NCBI GenBank assembly: GCA_963842525.1
Contig: CAWJGT010000008.1
Coordinates: forward strand, 46,520 to 110,519
DNA length: 64,000 nt
Direction: 5' to 3'
DNA from: an uncultured Holophagales bacterium
Lineage (GTDB): Bacteria; Acidobacteriota; Thermoanaerobaculia; Multivoradales; UBA5704
Part shown: positions 46,701 to 59,575 of the stretch, piece by piece
Numbering within the stretch: position 1 is the stretch's first letter
How the letters are laid out: every line of letters begins with the position of its first letter
Notes under the pieces: generated by a model
Seen by the model: only the letters and a program-made list of their open reading frames with translations
The model's database searches: none
What the model was told of the DNA's origin: nothing
Program-made: the position numbers and the translations under genes

Positions 46701-49700
46701 GGCACGCCGGCCACCCCCGGCACGATCGCCGACGTGGCGGGCTTCGAGGTCATCACCGGCACCCACTCCTACCCGGACAACGGCGCCTTCACCGTCCGCG
46801 TCTGCGCCACCGACGACGACGCCGGCACCGGCTGCGACGACGTCCCGGCGCAGGTGCGCAACCTGGCTCCGGTGGTCGACGCCGGCGAGAAGGTGCTCAC
46901 CGCGCCGGGCCAGCCCGTGCCGGTCAATGCCTCGTTCACCGACGCCGGCGTGGCCGACACCCACACCGCGACGATCGACTGGGGCGACGGCACCGTGGAG
47001 GCGGGCGTTGTCACCCAGGGCAGCGGCTCGGGCACGGTGGCAGGCACCCACGTCTATACCGAAGACAGGACCTTCCTGCTGGAGGTCTGCGTCACCGACG
47101 ACGACGGAGAGACCGGGTGCGACGGCTTCCAGGTCAACGGCGTCCTCGACCTCGGCCTCGACGTGGACAGCGACGCGGGCCCGGTCATCGCGCCCGGCCA
47201 GGTCGTCACCTACACGATCACGGTGACCAATGACGGCACCCTGCCGGCGAGCGGCGTCACCGTGGTGGACACGCTGCCCGTTCTCGCCAACTTCGTGTCC
47301 GCGGGCCAGGGCGGGGTCTACGATCCCGAGACCCACACCGTCACCTGGCCGGTGGGCACGCTGGAGCCGGGCCAGACCGTCACCCTGACCCTCACCGTGC
47401 AGGCCGACTTCGTGCTGCCCGTGGGCGCGGTGCTCAACAACACGGCGACGATCTCTGACGACGGCAGCCAGGGTCCCAACGTCAAGCCGGGCGACACCGG
47501 CAACGACCAGGGCGGCGAGGTCGTGCGCACGCCGCCCGATCTGATCGTCCGCTCCTTCGACCTCGGCGGCACGGCCACCGACTTCGCGACGCTGGCCCTG
47601 ACCGGTACGCTCGGCGTCGAGATCGCCAACCAGGGCGGCCTGGACGTCGCCGCGCCCTTCCGTCTCACCGTCTTCGCGGACCACGACGGCAACCGCGCCT
47701 GGACCCCCGGAACCGATCAGATTTTCGGCGAGAGCGACGTGACGGCTCCGCTGGCCGCCGGGGCCGCGCTCACCGTGCCGGTCGCGGTCGAGGGCGCCGT
47801 GGCCTTCCGCGACGCGCCCCTCTGGGCCTTCGTGGACAGCGGCGCCGTGATCCCCGAGGTCGACGAGACGAACAACCTGCGGAATACGGGTGAGGCCTGC
47901 CGCCTGCCCGGCGAGCCCGGCCGCCGCGTCTACACCCTGGACGCCGACTTCGACGAAGGCGTGCTGTTCAACGTCAACCACGACGCGCCGCACTACGACG
48001 AGCTGCGGCTCAACCGGATCGCCGAGCCCTTCCCGTTCCTCTGGGTTGCCGCCTCCGCCCGCGGCACCGTGGTGAAGATCGACACCGTGACCGGGCAGAT
48101 CCTGGGCGAGTACTTCGGCGCGCCGCAAGGGCGCGGGCGCAACCCCTCGCGCACCACGGTGGACTTGAACGGCAACGTCTGGGTCGGCAACCGGGACGAG
48201 GGCAGCGGGGGCCGGGGCTCGGTCGTGCACATCGGCCTCAAAGAGGCCTTCCAGTGCGTGGACCGCAACGGCAACGGCGTCATCGACACCTCGGGCGGTC
48301 TGGGCGACATCCGGCCGTGGCCGAACACCAGCGGCGCCGACAACAACGGCGGCGTCTCCACCGCGGCCGACGAGTGCATCCTCCACTACGTCCGCGTCAA
48401 TGGCACCGGTACGCGCACCGTGGCCGTGACGCCGGAGAACGACCTCTGGGTCGGCGGCCTGGACAACCGCAAGCATGACCTGCTCGACGGCGAGACCGGC
48501 ACCATCCTGGATTCGATCGAGCCTCCCTGCGGCGGCTATGGCGGCCTGGTCGATCGCAACGGCGTGCTGTGGTCCGCCCGCGCCCTGATGCGCTACGACC
48601 CCCGGACCGGCGAGCTCGAGTGCCTGCCGGTGTCCAACTCCTATGGCCTGGGCCTCGACAGCCAGGGCAACGTCTGGAACGCCCAGTGGACCGATGGCAC
48701 GGTCACCAAGATGGCGCCGGACGGCACGATCCTCGACGTCTTCCCGTCCGGCGGCGGCAGCTCGCGCGGCGTGGCGTTCACACCCGCCGACGACAACGCC
48801 TGGATCGCCAACTCCGGCTCCGGGACGGTCACCCGGCTGAGCAACGACGGCGACCTGCTCGCCACCGTCCCGGTCGGCTCGGAGCCCACCGGCGTGTCCG
48901 TCGACGCCGCGGGCAAGGTCTGGGTGACCAACCTCGGCTCCAGCAACGTCATGCGGATCGATCCGGCCACCAACAAGGTCGACCTCACCGTCTCCCTGGG
49001 CGCCGGCGCCGGGCCCTACAACTACAGCGACATGACGGGCGCCGTGAGCGTGGGCAAGACCGCGCCGCAGGGGAGGTGGACGGTCCGCCACGACAGCGGC
49101 CAGGCCGGCACGAAGTGGGGCCGGGTGCAGTGGAGCAGCTACGAGCCGCCGGGCGCGAGCGTCGCCGTCCGCGCCCGCAGCGCGGAGGCCCCTGGAGCCC
49201 TGGCCGCGGCCACCTTCGTCGAGGTGGAGAAGGGGATCGAGATTGGCGTGCCCGACGGCCGCTACCTTCAGGTCGAGGTCATCCTCAAGCCGTCGCCCGC
49301 GGGCGAGACGCCGATCGTCTACGACGTCACGGCCGAGACCCGCTCCGGCCTGCCGGACCTGACCGCCTCCTTCGTGCGTACGGTCCAGCGTCCGGATGCG
49401 TTGGAGCTCACCGTCCGCATCGGCAACGGCGGCGACAACCGGTCCCCGGCCGGCACCCCGGTCTCGCTCTACAACGGCGATCCCGCGGCCGGAGGCACGT
49501 TGATCGCCACCTTTACCGACCTCTTCCCGCTGGCGCCGGGCGAATACCAGGACGTGCCCTTCCTCTGGGCCTCGCCGCCGCCGGGAGCCCACCAGCTCCA
49601 CCTGATCGCCAACGACGACGGCACCGGCCAGAACCGGGGACCGGTGGAGGAGTGCACCCGCGCCAACAACACGCAGGTCGTGGAGGTCGCGCCGTTGCCC

Positions 49701-52700
49701 GACCTGATCATCCCGTCGATCGACCGCAGCACGGCGACGACCGACCTCCAGGCCCTGACGATCTCGGGCACCCTCGGGATCGGGCTGAAGAACCAGGGCA
49801 ACACCAACGTCGTCGCCCCGTTCCGCGTCACCGTGTTCCTGGATCTCGACCGCGACGGCCTCTTCACCGCCGTGACCGACCGCGTCCTCGGCGAGGCGGA
49901 CTTCACAACCGGTCTCGCCGCCGAGGCCACCGCGACCCTGCCGGTGCCGGTCTCCGGCGAGGTCCGCTTCCGCGACGACCTGATCTGGGCCTTCGTGGAC
50001 AGCGAGGGCGTCATCCCCGAGCTGTCCGAGGACAACAACCTCAACCAGACCGGCGCCGCCTGCGACTTCCATCCGCCGGTGGGGACCTTCACGCCGCAGG
50101 TGGAGTGGCAGTGGACGGGCAGCACGACGCTGCCGGGTTCGAACCAGGTGATGATGACGCCCGCGGTGATCGACCTCACCGGCGACGGCGTCCCCGAGGT
50201 GATCTTCACCACGTTCCAGGGGTCCAACTGGAACACCGACGGCCACCTGCGGGCCGTCGACGGCCGGACCGGCGCGGAGCTGTTCACGGTCACGGATCCC
50301 ACCTTCGACGTGCGCGCCGGCGGCGGCCTCGCGGTCGGCGACATCGACCTCGACGGCCGGCCGGAGATCGTCGCCGAGGCCGAGTCCGGAGACCGGCTCC
50401 TCGCCTTCGAGCACGACGGCACGTTCAAGTGGCGCAGCGCCGTGATCCCGGGCGGCGTCAACCTGGGCGGGCCTGCCCTGGCCGACCTCGACCGCGATGG
50501 CACGCCGGAGGTCATCGTCGGGGCAACTGTCCTGAACCAGGACGGCACCCGCCGTTGGGCCGGAACGTTTGGCCGGAGCGACAACAACAATGCCTGGGGA
50601 CCCCTGTCGCTGGTGGCGGACCTCGACCTCTCCGGGAACCCGGAAGTGATGGCCGGCAATACGGCGTACCGTTCGGACGGCTCCGTCCTGTGGCGCCGGT
50701 CCGACCTCGGAGATGGCTTCAACGCCGTCGGCAACTTCGATGCCGATCCGTTCCCCGAGGTCGTCCTGGTGACCAACAACCGCGTCTACCTGCTCCAGCA
50801 CGACGGCACGACGGCCTGGGGTCCCATCACGCTCCCCGGCGGAGGCCTTGGCGGCGCGCCCACAATCGCCGACATCGATGGCGACGGCCAGCCGGAGATC
50901 GGTGTGGCCGGATCGAGCCGCTACGTGGTCTTCGAAACCAATGGCACCGTCAAGTGGCAGGCCGTGACCCAGGACAACACCTCGAACGTCACGGGCTCCT
51001 CCGTCTTCGACTTCGACGGGGACGGCAAGGCCGAGGTGGTCTACGGCGACGAGCGGTTCCTGCGCATCTACCGCGGCAGCGACGGAACGGTCCTCTACCA
51101 GCTTGCCAAGAGCTCGGCGACGACCTATGAGCTCCCCGTCGTGGTGGACGTGGACGCCGACGGCAACGCCGAGATCGTGGCGGTCGCCAACAACTACTTC
51201 ATCGGCCCGCAGACCGGCGTCTACGTCATCGGCGACGCCGCCGACTCCTGGCTGCCCACGCGCAGGCTGTGGAACCAGCACACCTACCACGTCACCAACG
51301 TGAACGACGACGGCTCGATCCCGCGGCGGGAAGAGCCGAGCTGGCGGACCCACAACACCTACCGCCTGAACCTGCGCACGGAAGGCGACCCCCTGGCCGC
51401 TCCGGACCTCACGGCCTCGCGCATCGTCGTGGACCTCGCCAACCCCGGCGTCGAGGTGCCGATCACCGCCCGCGCCGGCAACGGCGGCAAGATCTTCGTG
51501 CCCGCGGGCGTGGCCGTGGCCTTCTACAACGGCAATCCGACGGCCGGCGGCACCCTCCTCGGCACGGTCGCGACCATCCGCCGGCTCGAGCCCGGCGAGC
51601 ACGAGGACCTCACCTTCGTTTGGCGGACGCCGCCTCCGGCCCCCGGCTCGTACACCGTCTTCGTCGGCGTCGACCCCGGCGCCGGCCGCGGCAAGGTGAG
51701 CGAGTGCGACGAGACGAACAACGCCCACTCGCAGACCTTCACCGTGCCCACTGTCCCCGACCTCGCCCTCGCCAAGGACGACGGCCGGCCGAGTGCCGTG
51801 CCCGGCCAGACGCTCACCTACACCCTGACCGTCACCAACGTCGGAACCCGCGGCGCCACCGGCGTCACCCTGACCGACGAACTGCCGCAGAACACGACCT
51901 TCCTCAGCGCCAGCGACGGCGGCGTCCTCGCGGCCGGGACCGTGACCTGGCCGGCCTTCGCCGTGGCGAGCGGCGCGAGCGCCACCCGCACCCTGACCGT
52001 GCGCATCAACCGGCCGCTGCCCGCGGGCGTGCTGTCCATCACCAACCGGGCGACCGTGGCCGACGACGGGACCGGCGGCCCCGATCCGACGCCTGCCAAC
52101 AACACGGCCACCGACATCGACAGCCTGCGCAACGCGCCCGAGGCCGAGGACGACGCGGCCACTACGCCCGAGGACACGGCCGTCGAGATCGATCTCTTCG
52201 CCAACGACTCCGACGCGGACGGCGATCCGCTCACCCTTGTCGAGGTGACGCGGCCCGCGCACGGGACAGTGGCCGTAGTTTCCATCGGCACCGCCGGCCG
52301 GGTGGTCTATGCGCCCGAAGCGAACTTCCACGGCACCGACACCTTCACCTACACCGTGAGCGACGGCACCGGCGGCACCGACGACGCCACGGTCACCGTC
52401 ACCGTCACCTCGATCAACGATCCGCCCGTGGCGAACAGCGACCTCGGGGAGACCGACCGTGACGTGCCGCTCGCCCTCGACTTGCTGGCCAACGACAGTG
52501 ACCTGGACGGTGACACCCTGGCGTTCCTTACGCCGCCGCAGCCCTTCGGCGGCAGCCTGACGCTCAACGCCGACGGCACGCAGACCTACACCCCAGCCCC
52601 GGGCTTCGTCGGAGTCGACGTCTTCGTCTACACCATCACCGATGGCAGCGGGGGAACCGACAGCGCCACGGTGACGATCAACGTCAAGGAGACGGACGTC

Positions 52701-55700
52701 GAGCCGCCGACCATCCTGATCACGGGCGTGACGAACGGCGAGTGCAGCAACCAGGACGTGACGCCGGTGATCACGGCCTCGGGCGAGCCCATCGCCTCGC
52801 AGTCTGTGACGCTCAACGGCCAGCCTTTCGAGAGCGGCACCCCGGTGACCGCCGAGGGCGACTACACCCTGGTGGCCACGGCCACCGACCGGGCCGGGAA
52901 CACCGCCACCCAGACCGTGACCTTCACGATCGACAAGACCCTCCCGGCGATCGCCGTGACTGGCGTCCCCGCCAACCAGTGCGTGAACGTCCCGGTCACC
53001 CCGGCCTTCCAGGCGACCGATGCCCATCCCGGCCTGCTGTCGGCCCGCCTCAACGGCGAAGTCTTCGCCAGCGGCACGGAAGCGAGCGCGGACGGCGACT
53101 ACACCCTGGTCCTCGAAGCGGCCGACGCCTGCGGCAACTCCAGCGCCCAGACCCTCTCCTGGACGATCGACACCATGCCGTCGGGAATCACGGTCACCGG
53201 CGTGCCCGAAGGCCAGGTCGTGAGCAGCGACGTCGCACCGGTGATCAATGTGATCGATCCTCACCTCGGCCCGGTCGCCATCACCCTGGACGGCGAGCCG
53301 TTCACCAGCGGCACGGCGGTGAGCGCCGAAGGCGAGCACATCCTGCAGATCGAAGCGGCCGACACCTGCGGCAACAGCAGCGCGCGCACCCTCACCTTCA
53401 CGATCGACAAGACACCGCCCGTGCTCGCGATCACGGGAGTGGTCGATGGCGCCTGCGGCAACGCCGACGTGACGCCGGTCGTCACGGCGACCGACGTCCA
53501 CCTGACGGGCGTGGAGGTCACGCTCAACAGCGTGCCGTTCGAGAGCGGTACAACCATCACCGCCGAAGGCGACTACACCCTGGTGGCCGTGGCGATCGAC
53601 AGCGCCGGCAACACCACGCGGCAGGAGCGGCGTTTCATCATCGACAAGACCGCGCCGACGATCACGATCGAGGGCGTCACCGACGGCGAGATCGGCAATT
53701 ACCCGATGAAGCCGGCGTTCTCCACCAGCGATCTCCATCCCGGCACGGTGACCGCCACCCTGAACAATCAACCGTTCACCAGCGCGACGGTGATCACGGC
53801 CGAGGGTGACTACACGCTCATCGTCACGGCCACGGACACCTGTGGCAACAGCTCGTCGCAGACGGTGCGGTTCAGGATCGACAAGACGCCGCCCTTCATC
53901 GCGATCAATGGCGTGCCGGGAGGGTGCGTGAATACGGATGTGACGCCAGTCTTCTCGGCCACGGATCTCCATCTGGATCTCGTGACCGCGACCCTGGACG
54001 GCCAGCCGTTCACGAGCGGCACAACGGTCGCTGCCGAGGGCGACCACACGCTGCGGATCGAGGCGGCCGACCAGGCGGGCAACTCGTCGACGGAAACGCG
54101 GACATTCACAATCGACAAGACCAATCCCGTGATTGCTCTCACCGGTGTCACGGACGCCGCCATCGTCAATACGGACCTGACGCCGGTGTTCTCGGCGTCG
54201 GATGCGCACCTGCATGCGGTGACCGCGACCCTGAACGGTGCGCCGTTCACGAGCGGTACGACGATCATGGCCGAGGGCGACTACAGGCTGGTGGTCACGG
54301 CCACGGACACCTGCGGCAACAGCTCATCGCAAACGGTGCTCTTCACGATCGACAAGACGCCGCAGGGCATCACGATCACGGGCGTGCCGGAAGTCTGCTT
54401 GAACGACGACGTGACGCCTGTTTTCACAGCCACAGACGTCCAATCCCTGGCCGCGACCCTGAACGATCAGCCGTTCACGAGCGGCACGACGGTCACGGCC
54501 GAGGGCGACTACACCCTGCGCGTTGTGGCGACCGACGCGGCAGGCAACACGTCCACCGAGACGCGGACGTTTACGATCGACAAGACGGCTCCCTCGATTT
54601 CCCTCACCGGGGCCACGGATGGCGCCCTCGTCAAGACGGACGTGACGCCGGTCTTCTCGGCCACGGACCTGCACCTGCATGGTGTGGCCGCGACCCTGAA
54701 TGGCACGCCGTTCACGAGCGGCACGGCGGTCACCGCCGAAGGTGACTACACGCTGGTGGTGACGGCGACGGACAATTGCGGCAACAGCTCGTCGCACACT
54801 GTGCGGTTCACGATCGACAAGACCCCGCCGGTGATTACGATCACGGGCGTTCCGCAAGGCTGTGTGAATGAGGACGTGACGCCGGTGTTCGCGGCGGCGG
54901 ATCTCCATCTGGAGACCCTGACCGCGACTCTGAACGGTCAACCGTTCACCAGCGGGACGACGATCACGGCCGAAGGCGGGCACACGCTGCACATCGCGGC
55001 GTCGGACACGGCGGGGAATTCCTCGGCGGCAGACCGAACGTTCACGATCGACAAGACCGCTCCTGTCATCACCATCACCGGAGTCGTGGACGGCGCGACC
55101 AGCACCACGAACGTCACGCCGCTGTTCTCGGCGACCGACCTCCACCTCGCCGCGGTGACCGCAACCCTCAATGGTCAGCCGTTCACCAGCGGGACCCCAG
55201 TCTCCACGTCGGGCGACTTCACCCTGGTGGTGACGGCGACCGACACCTGCGGCAACAGCACGTCGCGGACCGTGCGGTTCACCATCGCCGGCGCCTGCGA
55301 GCTCTACCCGATTGCGCTGCACGCCAGCACGGTCGCGAACGCCCAGCCAGGGACGACCCTGCTCGACATCTTCAATGGCTCGCAGTCCGGCAACTTCGGC
55401 TGGCTCACCTGGACGGGCGCCAACAGCGTGCCCTCCCTGATCGACAGCCTGACGCCGCCGGGCAACAGCGGCACGTACACCAATCCGGACAATGCGAGCG
55501 ACCACGTGGTCTCGGTCGGCGACTGGGTCCAGGGCCGTCCAGGCGTGGCGAACGCGTCCGGGGTGCGCAACGCGCTGGACACGCTGAAGACGCGCGACAT
55601 CGTCGTGCCGGTGTGGGATACGGCCACGGGCTCGGGGAGCAATTCCCGCTACCACATCGTGGGCTTCGCCCGCATCCGCATCCTCGACTACCGTCTGCCC

Positions 55701-55754
55701 TCCGAGAACCGCATCACGGCCCGGTTCCTGGGGTTCGTGAGCTGCGGGGGGTAA
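37748..55754 (+). CDS. Giant (about 6,000 aa) secreted adhesin-like protein: DUF11, beta-helix, CARDB, FG-GAP, PKD, TSP-C-like, Vgb-like propeller, cadherin-like and Ig repeats, Tad-like C-terminus; one frameshift near 46343
   Basis: ORFs 37748-47233 and 46503-55754 join by removing one base in GAGCTTCTGG (restores EFWAHDN). Motifs include 'DIDLDGKPEI', 'IDWGDGT', repeated 'FTIDKTPP', 'GNFGWLTW...YHIVGFA'. Confidence 0.85.
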
Positions 55755-55784
55755 AGAAACCAGAGACGCAGTGAAGTTGTAAAT

Positions 55785-56470
55785 CCCAAGTTTCGTTCTG
55801 CTCCCCGAAATCCTTCATTCGCGAGAGAGTTGATCCGAAAGGGAGGGGAGGGGGTGGGGGTCGCAGGATTCCCGCCACGCAAAGCCGCACGCGGCTCTGG
55901 GAGCCGCACGCAGACCTGCGCCAAGTCCGGACGCAGCGGGCGAGGTGGACGCCGCCCGCGCGCCAAGCAGCCGGGCGGGGACGGCAGCGCCCCGCCGACC
56001 ACCCGCGCGAGGTCGATCCCGCCGCGGCGACGGCAACGTCCCCGCCGCCCACCCGCGTCCCCGGAGCTTCCAGAGAAGGCGCGCCCCCACCTGATCGTTG
56101 ATACAAGCGCCACCACCCCGCGCGCCAGGCAGCCTGGGCGGGGACGGCAGCGCCACCGCCCACCCGCGCGAGATCCATCCTTGGGCGGGGACGGCGGCCG
56201 TCTTTGAAAAGAGCCGGGTGGCCACGCCGAAGCCTGCGGCCATGAAAAGCCGGCCTCCGGCCCTCCGGGTGGCGCCCCGGAGACTGTGGTCGTGGAAAGC
56301 CAGCCGTCGGTCCGCCGGTGCGCCCACCCAATCTCCGTCCACCCACCCATTTTGATTTCCCCCACCCTCCGGCCCCTGCAAGGGGCCTCGGCCTGAGGCC
56401 GGGTGGCCCCGCTGGAGCCTGCGGCCGTGAGAAGCCAGCCTCCGGTCCTCCAGCGGGCCCACCCAATCCC
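55785..56470. repeat. Non-coding dispersed repeat module preceding the recombinase remnant
   Basis: 55840-55930 resembles 19470-19560 and 57550-57680; 55955-56070 resembles 20870-20970; 56365-56470 is nearly identical to 59863-59970. Confidence 0.75.
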
Positions 56471-57424
56471 GGCCTCCGCACCCGGCAAGGCCGCGAGCTG
56501 TCTCCCCAGAAGTGGGGCGAGATGCTCACCAACCGCGTCTACATCAGCCGGATTCTCCAGCGGACCTGGAACATCGAGACCATCGGCAACTGGCCTCCCT
56601 TGGTTGACGAAGACACCTTCTGGCGCTGCCAGAGCCTCCTCGCCACGAACGGCGAGATCGTGCCGAAGGAGCGCAACAATCCGGACTTCCCCCTCCGGAG
56701 CTTCACCACCTGCGGCCACTGCGGGCACCCCCTCACCGGCTCCTGGTCCCACGGCAAGCGCCAGCGCTACGCCTACTACCACTGCCCGCCGAAGGCCCGC
56801 TGCCGCAAGACGAACCTCCCCCGGCGCGACCTGGAAGCCAAGTTCCTGAGCCTTCTCGAGCGCCTACGGCCACGCCCCGAATTCCTGGCCCTCTTCCGGG
56901 CCCTCGTCCTGGACGTCTGGAAGGCTCAGAAGGAAGACGTCGCAGCCCAGAGGGCCGCCGCCGAGCGGAAGATCGCGGATTTGAAGCGGCGGAAAGACCA
57001 GCTTGTTGAGGCCTTCATCTACCAGAAAGTCATTGATGAGGGCACCTATAAAGACCAGCTCGACAAACTCAACGAAGCCATGACCCTGGCCGAGATCGAC
57101 CAGCACGACCAGAGGGCGGACGAGCTCGACATCGAAGCCGTCCTGGGCTTCGCCGAGAGGGTCTCCCTGAATGCCCCGAGGCTCTGGCTGGAAGCCGACC
57201 TCGATCAGCGTCAGAGGTTCCAGGCGTTTCTGTTTCCGGAAGGCTTGGAGGTCAAGGAAGGGGAGATTCGAACACCCGTAACTGCCTCATTCTACGAGGA
57301 GTTACAGCACTTCACCACCCCTGAGGAACGTTTGGTAGAGCATCTCCGGGCGGGTTGGAACTCCCTCCTCTCCTGGCTGCGGGAGGCCCACACCTGGGGC
57401 CAGGCCGCGGGGGTAGTGAACTAG
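56471..57424 (+). pseudogene. 5'-truncated second copy of the large serine recombinase
   Basis: 56471-57338 is a near-identical direct repeat of 21761-22627; it lacks the catalytic N-terminal domain and has a different C-terminal tail. Confidence 0.9.
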
Positions 57425-57429
57425 ACCTC

Positions 57430-57464
57430 GGCGGCACCCCGGCCCTCCGGGGTGCCGCCCGTTT
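57430..57464 (+). terminator. Hairpin/terminator after the recombinase remnant
   Basis: 13-bp stem GGCGGCACCCCGG-CCCT-CCGGGGTGCCGCC followed by CGTTT. Confidence 0.5.
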
Positions 57465-58429
57465 GGCTTCGAGGCAATTGTCTCCACACCAGGTTCCCTT
57501 CTAGAGTTTCGTTCCGCCCTCCAGACTCTACATCCGCGAGAGAGCATATCCGAAGGGGGAGGAGGGGGGTGGGGGCCGCAGGATCCGGCCAGTGCGCAGC
57601 CGCACGCGGCTCTGCGGGAGCCGCACGCAGGCCTACACACGGCTCCGGCGGAGCCCCACGCAAAGCCGCGCGCAGATCCGGCAGAGCCCGCGTAGGGCCG
57701 CACGCAGCCCCTCCGAGCCCGCGGGGGCCAGCCAGGAGCCTCCTGGACGAGCAGCAGATACTGCGGGATGGCCGCCGCCTCTCCGGATTGAAGCTGCGCG
57801 CGGTAAGCGGGCAGGACGGTCCGGCCCCCGCGGGGGGCTTCTTCTTTTTCTTTTCCTGCCCCTCATGGGCCCGCTCGCCGAGGCGCCCTCAGGACGTTGG
57901 GGGCGGACGACTCCCCGACCACCCACCCCCTCGCCGGCCAGTTCCCGCGGCAACAGCAACCTTCCCGCCACCCACCCGCGTCCAGGGATCCCGTCGAAGG
58001 CCGGATTGTTGACACAAACGCCACGCCGCACGCCAGGCAGGCGCCGCGGCGATGACCACGCCACCCGCCCTCCTCTCGCCAGCCAGCTCCCGCGGCGACG
58101 GCAGCCTCCCCGCCGCCCACCCTGCGTCCCCGGAGCTCCCGAGAGGGCGCGCCCCCACCAGCTCGCTGACGCACACGCCACCATCCCGCGCGCCAGGCAG
58201 CCGCGGGGGATGACGACGCCATCCACCCACCCGCGAGTCCTGTTCCTGGGCGCGGACAGCGGCCGTCTTTGAAAAGGCCGGTGGCCACGCCGGAGCCTGC
58301 GGCCGTGAAAGGCCGTCCTCGGTCCTCCGGCGCGCCCACCCATTCTCCCCGCCGCCCCGCCCCATCTGACTTGCCCCATCCGCGGGGTCCCCGCAGAGTG
58401 CGCTGACCGAACCTAGCCACCTACAAATT

Positions 58430-58480
58430 AAGAATGTATACTGCATTACTGTATAACGTCTAACTCATAGGAGGTTTTAC
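58430..58480 (+). promoter_or_regulatory. AT-rich leader with -10-like elements and RBS
   Basis: TATACT and TATAAC -10-like hexamers and an AGGAGG RBS at 58469-58474, within otherwise GC-rich DNA. Confidence 0.5.
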
Positions 58481-58687
58481 ATGAAGAAGAGAACAGTTAA
58501 GAAGCTGAGGCTCAGTCGGGAGACCCTGAAGAACTTGACGTCTACTGATCTGACCGCTGTGAATGGTGGTGCTGACCCAAGCGCTACGAGTTGCTTGTAT
58601 GCGTGCACATGCCTAAACACAGGTGGCCCGCCATGCGTAACAAGTTGTCAGATCACCTGTACTTGTGGCTGCAGTGGCAACTGCTGA
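58481..58687 (+). CDS. Lanthipeptide-like RiPP precursor (LxLxxETL leader, GG site, Cys/Ser/Thr-rich core)
   Basis: Leader MKKRTVKKLRLSRETLKNL...AVNGG; 38-aa core with 9 Cys and 10 Ser/Thr; strong RBS. Confidence 0.82.
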   Translation: MKKRTVKKLRLSRETLKNLTSTDLTAVNGGADPSATSCLYACTCLNTGGPPCVTSCQITCTCGCSGNC

Positions 58688-58774
58688 GCAGCTGAGACAG
58701 GTATCGCCGGGTCGATCGGCTCGGCGCCTTCTCTCCTGTCATCTCCCGGTGGGGAATGGCAGCCGCCGTATCAG

Positions 58775-59500
58775 CGGCCGGGTGGCCGCGCCGAAGCCTG
58801 CGGCCGTCCCACCCGCGCGAGCTCCATCCGCGGGCAGTGATGGCGGCCGTCTTTCCACAAGGCCGGGTGGCCGCCCCGGAGCCTGCGGCCGTGAAAAGCC
58901 GGCCTCCGGTCCTCCGGCGCGCCCACCCATTCCCCGGCCGACCACCCCATTTTGATTTCCCCCGCGCGCGGGACCGGCACAGTGCACGTGACCACCAGCC
59001 GGCCGCCCACTCACGAGCACAGTGCGCGACCCGCTCCACCCGCGCGAGCTCCATCCGCGGGCAGTGATGGCGGCCGTCTTTCCACAAGGCCGGGTGGCCG
59101 CCCCGGAGCCTGCGGCCGTGAAAAGCCGGCCTCCGGTCCTCCGGCGCGCCCACCCATTCCCCGGCCGACCACCCCATTTTGATTTCCCCCGCGCGCGGGA
59201 TCGGCACAGTGCACGTGACCACCACCCCGGCCGTCCACTCACATGCACAGTGCGCGACCCGCGCTCCCACCCGCGCGAGGTCCAGGCAGGGGCGGGGATG
59301 GCAGCGTCCCACCGCACACCCGCGCGAGGTCCATCCCGCCGTGGTGATGGCAGCCGTGGATGAAATAAGGCCGGGTGGCCGCCCCAGAGCCTGCGGCCGT
59401 GAAAAGCCGGCCTCCGGTCCTCTGGAGCGCCCACCCAATCTCCGCCGCCCGCCCATTTTGATTTCCCCCGCCCGCGGGTCCCGCACCGTGCAGTGGCGTT
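58775..59500. repeat. About 227-bp non-coding tandem repeat (two near-identical units plus degenerate copies)
   Basis: 58809-59035 matches the unit starting at 59036. The core CCGGGTGGCC..GAGCCTGCGGCCGTGAAAAGCCGGCCTCCGG recurs at about 56213, 56399, 58277, 58861, 59088, 59370 and 59897. Confidence 0.85.
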
Positions 59501-59575
59501 CCGGAGCTTTCCCCCACCCTCGGCCCGGGGGACTGCCCGCCCCTGGCTCCGGCGGGGGCGGCTCCCCCTCCCACC

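Larger units (their letters stand above)
21144..57424. mobile_element. Genomic island: RHS/giant-protein cargo bracketed by serine recombinase direct repeats
   Basis: About 868-bp direct repeat at 21761-22627 and 56471-57338, with shared upstream non-coding repeats. Confidence 0.6.

Noticed and set aside
46260-54215. 2651-aa minus-strand ORF (also 39644-44647, 1090-3948, 26076-28682 and similar)
   Set aside because: Antisense shadows of GC-rich real genes; no recognisable domains.
58775-59500. CRISPR array or coding repeat
   Set aside because: Whole units of about 227 bp are duplicated, including the would-be spacers; the overlapping ORFs are low-complexity with no recognisable motifs.
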